A stretch of 41,422 bases of DNA from Hyphomicrobiales bacterium (GCA_028279265.1 JANQOC010000717.1:1-41422), one strand, 5' to 3'. Counted from the stretch's first letter, positions 18,318 through 24,818 are shown. The notes: generated by a model not told the origin, from the letters alone. Numbers and translations are program-made.

Positions 18318-19154
18318 ATGTCCAAGAAATTCCAGGTTTACGAAGAATTCGTCAAACCCCAGCGAAAAGTCCATACGGCCTTCATTCATTGTTCGGCTAA
18401 TTCGAACCCCAAATGGGGCGTCGAAGAGTGCTATCACCTTCATGCTGTGACCAATGGCTGGGGCGATATCGGTTATCACGTTTTTGTTGAACGTGATGGA
18501 ACGGGTTATCTCGGGCGCGATTGGGAAAAGGTTCCTTATGCCCAGGCGCCGTTTAACACGGGTTCCATCGCCATTTGCCTGGATGGCGGCCAATATGGAA
18601 AAGATGATTTCACGGATGAACAGATCGCTTTCGTCCAGCGGATCATGCACGATATCGACCGCGCCTATGATGGGAAATTGAAATGGAAGGGCCACCGGGA
18701 AGTCAAGCCAGGCCGGGCCTGTCCGGCCTTCGATTATCACACCAGATTGCATATTTCCAAGACCGGTAATTATCTCGGGGGTGTGGCGACCAAGAAGAAA
18801 CTCAGGGAAGCCGGATCGGAAACCATCAAAGCGGCTGACCGGAACGACGACGTGGCCACGGGCTGCGCGGTGCTGGCGGCGGCCGGCGGCGGTAATGCGG
18901 TGGTCAACGGTCCACCGGAACCCAGTGCCTTGGAAAAAGCCACAAGCCTAGCCGCGGATGCGACCGCCTGGAAGCAAACCATGAACACGGGCGCGGAACT
19001 CTTATCCTGGGCTTCCGTCAACTGGTGGCTGGTTCTGGCGGCTTTTGCAGCCGTATTAATCTACAAGAACCGTAAGCTGATCCGGGCACGGCTCAATGAC
19101 GAAACCAAGATTGGAAGATTGTTTCAATGGGATGGATCGCCTCAATCGGCCTGA
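18318..19154 (+). CDS. N-acetylmuramoyl-L-alanine amidase (T7 lysozyme / PGRP, Amidase_2 type) with a C-terminal transmembrane segment
   Basis: Motifs IHCSANSN, GWGDIGYHVFVERDG, NTGSIAICLDGG and GHREVKPGRACPAFDY. C-terminus: WWLVLAAFAAVLIYKNRKLIRARL. Confidence 0.85.
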   Translation: MSKKFQVYEEFVKPQRKVHTAFIHCSANSNPKWGVEECYHLHAVTNGWGDIGYHVFVERDGTGYLGRDWEKVPYAQAPFNTGSIAICLDGGQYGKDDFTDEQIAFVQRIMHDIDRAYDGKLKWKGHREVKPGRACPAFDYHTRLHISKTGNYLGGVATKKKLREAGSETIKAADRNDDVATGCAVLAAAGGGNAVVNGPPEPSALEKATSLAADATAWKQTMNTGAELLSWASVNWWLVLAAFAAVLIYKNRKLIRARLNDETKIGRLFQWDGSPQSA

Positions 19155-19447
19155 AGGCCTTCGGCGGATCCCTTTGGGGGCTCGTTAGCCGTAATATGAC
19201 CACGGTGCTGATTATTGGGGCCTTGGTCTTAGGAAAATTTTACATCGGGGATAAGGTTCGGGATGAAAATGAGCGCACAAGACTGGAAGTTGAGAATGAA
19301 CATAGCGTTCAGGAAATGGAAGAATATATCAAGTCCATGCGCCGTTCCCGGGAAATTTCTGATCGCATTAGTCGCGATGGGGCTTTTGACCGCTTGCGGC
19401 GCCTTAAGTGCGAAGCCTGTTATCAAGACGAAGGTCATCAAGATTGA
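19127..19447 (+). CDS. i-spanin-like membrane protein
   Basis: N-terminal TM (TTVLIIGALVLGKFYI) followed by a charged helical domain. A lipoprotein ORF begins inside it in the +1 frame. Confidence 0.55.
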   Translation: MGWIASIGLKAFGGSLWGLVSRNMTTVLIIGALVLGKFYIGDKVRDENERTRLEVENEHSVQEMEEYIKSMRRSREISDRISRDGAFDRLRRLKCEACYQDEGHQD

Positions 19448-19589
19448 AACCTTCTGCGAGAAGTACAGGAACATCAAAAAGATCGAGCCCTGGGAAACCT
19501 GGTCCGATGAAAACGCCGAAGCGGTAATGGAAAATGAAGAAGAGTATCTGGAATGCAAGAAGCGCAAGGGTATTGGTTTTATTAGCTAG
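19296..19589 (+). CDS. o-spanin-like lipoprotein (overlapped architecture)
   Basis: The alternative frame inside the i-spanin-like gene encodes MNIAFRKWKN...FLIALVAMGLLTAC|G, a lipobox with Cys. The start among ATG 19263, 19269 and 19296 is uncertain. Confidence 0.6.
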   Translation: MNIAFRKWKNISSPCAVPGKFLIALVAMGLLTACGALSAKPVIKTKVIKIETFCEKYRNIKKIEPWETWSDENAEAVMENEEEYLECKKRKGIGFIS

Positions 19590-19591
19590 CA

Positions 19592-20098
19592 ATGCAGGAA
19601 TTACGAGGTATGAGCAATGTACGACCTGACGGCTTGGGGTCTGATGTGCTTGGCGGCTATAGTCGGGGGTATGACGTACCTCCTACCCAACACTATGGAA
19701 CTAACCAACAAGAGTCGCGAGAATTTAGAAGTCATTCGGGAGTTCCACCGGGAAAGCCTCATTACCTCGAAAATTCGGCCTTCCGACTCACCACGGTCGC
19801 GAGCGTTCTCATCGCCGTCGTCGTCTTCACGTGGAAAGCAAGCCAGCTCGCCAACGGTATCGAAAGATTTAAAGACGAAACCAACGTTGCCATTGAAGGA
19901 ATCCTCAAAACCCTGGACCGCCGATACTCAGAAGTCTATGGAAGCTCTCCCGAAGCTTTCAGACGACGCGACATGGCCGAATTCTGCCGAGACACTGAAC
20001 AGCTTAATAAGCAATTGGGATGGCGATGTAGTAATCCTTATACTATGCCCTCCTACCTTTCCAGATTGCAGAGAAATGACAGAGTAGACAAAAGATAA
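19592..20098 (+). CDS. Membrane protein at the end of the lysis cassette (holin candidate; frame ambiguity, see findings)
   Basis: TM LTTVASVLIAVVVFTW followed by a protein-like helical C-terminus. A second frame (19617..20087) is also open across the whole region. Confidence 0.45.
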   Translation: MQELRGMSNVRPDGLGSDVLGGYSRGYDVPPTQHYGTNQQESREFRSHSGVPPGKPHYLENSAFRLTTVASVLIAVVVFTWKASQLANGIERFKDETNVAIEGILKTLDRRYSEVYGSSPEAFRRRDMAEFCRDTEQLNKQLGWRCSNPYTMPSYLSRLQRNDRVDKR

Positions 20099-20150
20099 TT
20101 GGATTTTGCGGGGGCTTATTCATCCGGCCCGTCAGACACCGCAAATCGAA

Positions 20151-20188
20151 CCCCCAGGTGCTACCCCGCATTACCTGGGGGTTTTTTG
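20151..20188 (+). terminator. Rho-independent terminator ending the rightward late/lysis transcript
   Basis: cccccaggt ... acctggggg 9-bp stem followed by TTTTTT. Confidence 0.8.
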
Positions 20189-20204
20189 TGGGTAAGTGAG
20201 AAAC

Positions 20205-20237
20205 CACATTTACAATGTAAGGAACATGTTCTTACAT
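20205..20237. repeat. Nested palindromes ACATT-TAC-AATGT and ATGTAA(G)GAACATGTTCTTACAT
   Basis: Read directly. GAACATGTTC is a perfect 10-bp palindrome. Its arms extend to ~11 bp with one bulged G. Confidence 0.85.
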
Positions 20238-20273
20238 GGTCGGGCATCACCTAATGCACGATTACGGCACAAC

Positions 20274-20301
20274 AAAAAAGGCCCCGGATAAAACCGGGGC
20301 C
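20274..20301 (-). terminator. Rho-independent terminator ending the leftward moron gene
   Basis: ggccccgg ataaaa ccggggcc, preceded on the plus strand by A6 (a U-tract on the minus strand). Confidence 0.75.
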
Positions 20302-20339
20302 AGTTAGTTTCCAGGATCGGCAAGACCTGGAAACGGGGG

Positions 20340-20735
20340 TTAACGTAATCCCATCTGGTATTCCTGGATGATTTCCTTTACTTTCTTATCACCATAGAGG
20401 GCGGCGGACTTCAGGGCACGATTGGCCCGCCTTAACTCTGTTTTTGTTTTTTCGTCTTGCTTTCCATTGATTACAAATTTTATATCGTCGGATATAGCGT
20501 TAGACCCTTCGTGTTCAATAAAAAGCCTGTAACCTTTATTGTCCTCAAAGTTCTGGACAATAATCTTAGAATGTTCCGGATCTCCAAAAATGAAGAATTC
20601 GACCATATTGTCATATCGAAAACCCTCATGTGTTTTCCAGGACATCCCCGCCTTCATTTCATAACCGAGTTTCTCCAGGCCATCACGAAACGTGTTGAAG
20701 GAATGGTTGTGAAACAGGTCAACTTTTTTTGTCAT
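20340..20735 (-). CDS. Hypothetical protein (AT-rich moron)
   Basis: ATG 20735 with SD aagggg (MTKKVDLFHNHSF...). The 5' extension of track ORF 20340..20795 covers the promoter. Visibly AT-richer than its neighbours. Confidence 0.7.
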   Translation of the reverse strand: MTKKVDLFHNHSFNTFRDGLEKLGYEMKAGMSWKTHEGFRYDNMVEFFIFGDPEHSKIIVQNFEDNKGYRLFIEHEGSNAISDDIKFVINGKQDEKTKTELRRANRALKSAALYGDKKVKEIIQEYQMGLR

Positions 20736-20766
20736 ATAAAACCCCTTCTGTTGGTTGATAATTCTT

Positions 20767-20795
20767 AATATAGCACATATGAACCATAAGTTCAA
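20767..20795 (-). promoter_or_regulatory. Sigma70-type promoter TTGAAC-N17-TATATT for the moron gene, overlapping the dyad TGAAC-N5-GTTCA
   Basis: The minus strand reads TTGAACttatggttcatatgtgcTATATT. -35 is at 20795..20790 and -10 at 20772..20767. Confidence 0.6.
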
Positions 20796-20800
20796 GAGTA

Positions 20801-20846
20801 AATAAAAGAAATCCCCAGGTCCAGTTCAGCGAAACCTGGGGATTTC
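20801..20846 (-). terminator. Rho-independent terminator after the OMP gene
   Basis: Perfect 13-bp stem gaaatccccaggt/acctggggatttc, followed on the minus strand by TTTTATTT. Confidence 0.85.
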
Positions 20847-20872
20847 CCGTTCCATCAAGGGCAGATGGTAAC

Positions 20873-21445
20873 TTAGAAATTCGCTCCGGCGCGATACATA
20901 AACCGATCCTCACTTGGATCCGCGCCCATTATGGTTTCGTAATCCCAATGCTGCCATTCCGGCCCGTGGAAGATATTCCCGGACTGGAACTTGGCCCCGA
21001 GGCCATAAATCAAAGCATCAATCTCGGGTCCGCCTTTAACGCCTTGGCGGCCAACACCGACAAGACCATGGACGGAAGCTGAATCGCTCAACTGAATCCC
21101 GAAGATCCCAACACCATAGTAATAATCGTCCAGCTCAACCCCAAAGCCTTCTGCGCCGTTGAGGCCGTAGGCAATCCGGCCGCCCAGGATAATGGCACCG
21201 CCGGTTTGGAGCGTACATTCGCCGAAGATTTCGCCGGCCAGGCCGTCGCCGCCCAGATTACCGCCGCCAATATCAACATCGGCATTTGAGCGACCGCCGG
21301 CAGCACCAACGCCACAGCCCTGGAAGACACCCAAGAATTTCGGTGTTTCGTCTGCCTTAACTTCTTTTGGCCCGCCAAGATCGGCAGCCATTACAGTAGA
21401 GGCCGCGAATACCACCGCCCCGAGTACCGTCAATAGTCGTTTCAT
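20873..21445 (-). CDS. Outer-membrane beta-barrel protein (OmpA-like barrel / Omp25 / Ail-Lom type) with a signal peptide
   Basis: MKRLLTVLGAVVFAASTVMA|ADL signal peptide, alternating Gly/aromatic beta-strand pattern, and terminal ...FMYRAGANF, the C-terminal Phe beta-signal. SD aggggac. Confidence 0.8.
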   Translation of the reverse strand: MKRLLTVLGAVVFAASTVMAADLGGPKEVKADETPKFLGVFQGCGVGAAGGRSNADVDIGGGNLGGDGLAGEIFGECTLQTGGAIILGGRIAYGLNGAEGFGVELDDYYYGVGIFGIQLSDSASVHGLVGVGRQGVKGGPEIDALIYGLGAKFQSGNIFHGPEWQHWDYETIMGADPSEDRFMYRAGANF

Positions 21446-21461
21446 GAGTAGTCCCCTAAGT

Positions 21462-21485
21462 TGATTCGAATCATTCAACCGAATC
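21462..21485. promoter_or_regulatory. Cluster of three GANTC sites, including the 12-bp palindrome TGATTCGAATCA, in the OMP gene leader/promoter
   Basis: GATTC at 21463, GAATC at 21468, GAATC at 21481. Palindrome at 21462..21473. Confidence 0.6.
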
Positions 21486-21550
21486 TACATATCTGATTTG
21501 CTCAGAAAACTTGTGGTTTATACGTCACACGTTAACCTTTTCCCCCGAAA

Positions 21551-21589
21551 TAAAAACCCCGCCTTTGACCACGTTCCCGGGCGCGGGGC
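21551..21589 (-). terminator. Possible terminator ending the leftward early operon
   Basis: The minus strand reads ccccgc...(22 nt)...gcgggg followed by TTTTTATTT. The stem is short and the loop long. Confidence 0.4.
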
Positions 21590-21639
21590 AAATTCCCAGT
21601 GTTGCTATGGTCAAGAGGATCCCAGACCAATGAACGCGG

Positions 21640-22023
21640 CTAAACAAACAAAGCGCCGGTTTTCGTGTCTTTTTTGATTTTCGTCTTCGGTCCAATCCAG
21701 GCGCGGCCTTTGGAGAGATGAACCAGGATCTTACCGTTGATCTGGTCATATTCAACTTTCCCCTGGTCCAAAAGGTCCCGAACTCGGGGAACATCTTCCT
21801 TGGTGCCGTCCCATTCAAATTCCGTATATGAGACTTTCGGCTCAATAGGCGGTTCCCACCCTATAGATTGAATGAGCTGGTCAAAGGCCAGATTGAGATT
21901 GTTGATCGCCTGGTCGCGCATGGCATTGGCGCCGCGGACCTTCTCCAAAACTTTCTTTTTGACTTCCAGGTGATAATCCCGGATATCGTCCTGGACCAAT
22001 TCCAGTTCCGTTGGTTTTTTCAT
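21640..22023 (-). CDS. Hypothetical protein
   Basis: ATG 22023 overlaps the upstream stop (ATGA); alternative ATG at 22029. MKKPTELELVQDDIRDYHLEV... Confidence 0.6.
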   Translation of the reverse strand: MKKPTELELVQDDIRDYHLEVKKKVLEKVRGANAMRDQAINNLNLAFDQLIQSIGWEPPIEPKVSYTEFEWDGTKEDVPRVRDLLDQGKVEYDQINGKILVHLSKGRAWIGPKTKIKKDTKTGALFV

Positions 22024-22289
22024 ATCCATCCTAATCCTTTCAATAGAAAATAGCCCGCAATCACCCATAGAATGAGGCTGACAACAAACATCTTTGCCCA
22101 GGGGGCCGCATTCTCTTCATGGATCAGCCCCGGGCGTTCACCGCGACGAAGGCGTTCAGCAATCACCATATCCGCCAGGCGATCATCATTGTCTCGAAGG
22201 GCACGTTGGTAGATGAGTTTTAAATAGCCGTCGGAATATTGATAGAGGTCTTCTGGCATGAGAAGGTTTGCGCGAATAACTTTGTTCAT
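22020..22289 (-). CDS. Hypothetical protein with a C-terminal TM segment
   Basis: ATG 22289 overlaps the upstream stop (ATGA). MNKVIRANLL...MFVVSLILWVIAGYFLLKGL. Confidence 0.6.
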   Translation of the reverse strand: MNKVIRANLLMPEDLYQYSDGYLKLIYQRALRDNDDRLADMVIAERLRRGERPGLIHEENAAPWAKMFVVSLILWVIAGYFLLKGLGWI

Positions 22290-22462
22290 TTCATTGCCTG
22301 TGTAATGCGAGATCCAGCAGTTCCCGCAATAATTCCACAAATATAAAGGACCGCTTCAGCTCGTTCTCCAAGGTCAAATCCGTCGTTTATTATGATCGCA
22401 ATAATAAGCATTACCGAGTACACGAAAAAAAGTGAGATCATTTCGAGAAATACCATCATCAT
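22286..22462 (-). CDS. Small two-TM membrane protein (58 aa)
   Basis: Hand-translated: MMMVFLEMISLFFVYSVMLIIAIIINDGFDLGERAEAVLYICGIIAGTAGSRITQAMK. ATGA overlaps at both ends. Too short for the track. Confidence 0.55.
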   Translation of the reverse strand: MMMVFLEMISLFFVYSVMLIIAIIINDGFDLGERAEAVLYICGIIAGTAGSRITQAMK

Positions 22463-22632
22463 AACTTTCCCTTTTGCTTATCCTTCAGGGCTCGCCAGAT
22501 CATTCGCGCCTTCGCCGGATCAACTTTTCGCGTAGCTCGGAAGTTGATTGCCAACTGCTTGCGCTGGGCCGCGATTTCCGGGATGGCTTTATATTCCCGG
22601 TACATGGTTTCCGTGGGAATGTGCTTTTTCAT
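22459..22632 (-). CDS. Small basic protein (57 aa), translationally coupled to the recombinase
   Basis: Hand-translated: MKKHIPTETMYREYKAIPEIAAQRKQLAINFRATRKVDPAKARMIWRALKDKQKGKL. Its ATG overlaps the recombinase TGA (ATGA). Confidence 0.55.
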   Translation of the reverse strand: MKKHIPTETMYREYKAIPEIAAQRKQLAINFRATRKVDPAKARMIWRALKDKQKGKL

Positions 22633-23252
22633 GTTTCTAAAACACTTCTTTCAAAACGTTTGTAGGTTTTTCCGTTTCCCACCTCTTCGGATGTTAAACT
22701 ATTCCGTTTCAAAAAGCGCCATAGGGTTGAGCGGGAAACGCCGACTATTTTTGCAATATCGGATAAACCGGTATCTGCTTCCAAAAGCTGGATGACGGCC
22801 CGCTGTTTATCGAGCGTCATGGCCGCCGGCCGGCCGAATTTTGCCCCGCGCTGCCGGGCCGCCGCCAGTCCGGCCTGAATTCGCTCGTTTGTCATTTCGC
22901 GCTCGAACTCGGACAAGATCATCAGAAGGTTAAACATCAACTTGCCGGTCGCCGTCTGAGTGTCGATCTTTTCCTTCAGGCTTTCGAACTCGATACAGTT
23001 CTCCCGAAAGTGGTCGGTCAACTTCAAAAGGTCTCGAAGGGATCGAGCCAATCGGTCCAATTTCCAGACAATGATTTTATCGCCAGGCTTGACCTTCTTC
23101 AGCATCTTGTTTAGCTCTTTGCGGTCTTTCGTATATCGACCGCTGAACTTGTCTGTAAAGATTTCGTCACAGTCGGCAGCCTTCAGGGCGTCAATCTGAA
23201 GATCCAGCCGTTGATCTTCGGTGGATACGCGGGCGTAGCCATATACAGTCAT
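22629..23252 (-). CDS. Small serine recombinase (resolvase/invertase family)
   Basis: YGYARVSTEDQ (catalytic Ser), GDKIIVWKLDRLARS, and the C-terminal HTH DIAKIVGVSRSTLWRFLKR. 207 aa. Confidence 0.9.
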   Translation of the reverse strand: MTVYGYARVSTEDQRLDLQIDALKAADCDEIFTDKFSGRYTKDRKELNKMLKKVKPGDKIIVWKLDRLARSLRDLLKLTDHFRENCIEFESLKEKIDTQTATGKLMFNLLMILSEFEREMTNERIQAGLAAARQRGAKFGRPAAMTLDKQRAVIQLLEADTGLSDIAKIVGVSRSTLWRFLKRNSLTSEEVGNGKTYKRFERSVLET

Positions 23253-23494
23253 TATCCAGCCCCTGGTTTTGGAATTCGGTTTTTGTGGAACTTGTCAGCC
23301 CAGGCCTGAATTAAAATATCTTCAATATCCTGGAAGAAGCTGATCATGTCGCTGGGCTCTGTAAAGTCTAATGACACTTCACCGCCTGAATCCTTTCGGG
23401 CACCTACTCGAAGGGTCGCGCCGGTTGACATGATGTCAATTTCCGCCCAGCGCGACCCATAGTCGTGTTCGATCTTAATCTTCATTTGTTTCAT
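23252..23494 (-). CDS. Hypothetical protein
   Basis: ATG 23494 with SD ggga. Its stop overlaps the recombinase start (TAATG). Confidence 0.55.
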   Translation of the reverse strand: MKQMKIKIEHDYGSRWAEIDIMSTGATLRVGARKDSGGEVSLDFTEPSDMISFFQDIEDILIQAWADKFHKNRIPKPGAG

Positions 23495-23744
23495 CGATCC
23501 CAGCGCGCAAAATCGATTCCGCTTTTTCAGGGCTTGTGTGAATTTCAAATTCGCTAGCCAAGCTTATGACATCGCAGACCGTCAAATGTTCTTCGGCGGT
23601 GCCTGATATATTCCAGGTTTCCTTCATAAAGGCTTGGCCATGGGATATTCCAACAATTTTACTTACCGTGTAATTGTCGGGATCGGTATATCCTAGTGCC
23701 TTTAAAAATTCAGTATCGATTGATTCGTGAGTAGGTTGAGACAT
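23475..23744 (-). CDS. Hypothetical protein
   Basis: ATG 23744 with SD aagagg 6 nt upstream (MSQPTHESIDTEF...). Confidence 0.6.
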   Translation of the reverse strand: MSQPTHESIDTEFLKALGYTDPDNYTVSKIVGISHGQAFMKETWNISGTAEEHLTVCDVISLASEFEIHTSPEKAESILRAGIDETNED

Positions 23745-23769
23745 ATGATCCTCTTTTGTTTGCAACAGT

Positions 23770-24081
23770 TCAGTTCTTCTTCATATCCTCTGGGAGAATG
23801 ATGGATCTGGCCGCGTATTGGCGCTGTTTCATCACGAACTCTTCCAGAAGGGGTAAAAGGCTTTCCATGGGGATGTTGGTTTTAATGGACATGTCAACGG
23901 GTTGATCTTCAGTTCCCGGTTCCGGGGCCTGGAAATAGAGATGGAAATATCGCGCCCCGGGGGTTTCCTCAATCAGGGATGTCAAGACATCGGCCTGGGA
24001 GGTGATGCGCTTCATGCGCTTTAATATGTTCTGGGCTTCCGCCTGGCGTTCACGCGCCGCCTGGATTGGGTCTTTATTCAT
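23770..24081 (-). CDS. Hypothetical protein
   Basis: ATG 24081 (MNKDPIQAARERQ...). The longer track version overlaps the upstream gene. Confidence 0.55.
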   Translation of the reverse strand: MNKDPIQAARERQAEAQNILKRMKRITSQADVLTSLIEETPGARYFHLYFQAPEPGTEDQPVDMSIKTNIPMESLLPLLEEFVMKQRQYAARSIILPEDMKKN

Positions 24082-24247
24082 TAGGAGCCTTTGTTTTCTC
24101 AAATTGGATGATTTCGTCGTATAAGCTCTTTGGGATCTCATCCCAGTAGAACCCGTCATAATCACCGATTGCCCAGAAATATCTTCCGTCATAATCTAGC
24201 AGGTGGAGGCCGCCATAGGTGTTCACGATGCCTGTAACCTCAGTCAT
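24074..24247 (-). CDS. Hypothetical small protein
   Basis: ATG 24247 with SD ggaaggcgga (MTEVTGIVNTYGGLHLLDYDGRYFWAIGDYDGFYWDEIP...). Confidence 0.55.
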   Translation of the reverse strand: MTEVTGIVNTYGGLHLLDYDGRYFWAIGDYDGFYWDEIPKSLYDEIIQFEKTKAPNE

Positions 24248-24284
24248 TATTCCGCCTTCCGGGATAGTGTACCTCGACGGACCT

Positions 24285-24818
24285 CTATTCGGATGTTGAC
24301 GTTCTCTTTGTTCCATATCGAAACTCCATAAGTTTCATTCGCATTTGGTCAACGTCGAAAATGATCTTTCCATCTTTCTCGTGTTGACAGAGATAAAGCT
24401 GGTTGGCTATGGCACCGGGGTCATCGATGCCTCGGGCCTGGAACCAGGCGCGCTCCTCAGTGGATGCAAAAGTTTCCACACCGTTGATGTGGCAGTTGTG
24501 ACATAAGGGGACCGCCCACCAGTCGGGAGCTTTCAAACCCATGCCGCGGCCACCATAGGATTTCAGGTGATGGGCTTCCAGAGCCCGACCACCCCAACAG
24601 GAAATGCAGAAAGTTTCCCGAATGGCTTTCAGGTAAGCCGGAACCCAACCGTCACGTTTCGTCTTCGGGCTTTTCGATTTTCTTTTTAAGTTTGTCGAGC
24701 CACGGAGTTGAGCTTTCCCGGTTCTCTTGAACGCCGTTCTCCTCAACCCCTTCTTCGGTTTCGAGGCCGAAGGTTTCTTGAAGTTTGAACCGGAAGGCTT
24801 CCTGATTTCGTATGCCAT
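24285..24818 (-). CDS. Ref-like HNH nuclease (DUF968 family-like) with a basic N-terminal tail
   Basis: CISCWG..ALEAHHLKSYGGRGMGLKAPDWWAVPLCHNCH fits the DUF968/P1 Ref pattern C..C...HH...G.G.K..D...PLC..CH. The N-terminal ~55 aa are Lys/Arg-rich, as in P1 Ref. Confidence 0.6.
   Translation of the reverse strand: MAYEIRKPSGSNFKKPSASKPKKGLRRTAFKRTGKAQLRGSTNLKRKSKSPKTKRDGWVPAYLKAIRETFCISCWGGRALEAHHLKSYGGRGMGLKAPDWWAVPLCHNCHINGVETFASTEERAWFQARGIDDPGAIANQLYLCQHEKDGKIIFDVDQMRMKLMEFRYGTKRTSTSE

Noticed and set aside
20141-20160. attP containing a tRNA 3' end (caaatcgaaccccc resembles a T-arm on the minus strand)
   Set aside because: The flanking bases do not form a T-stem or acceptor stem. The segment is the 5' arm of the rightward terminator.
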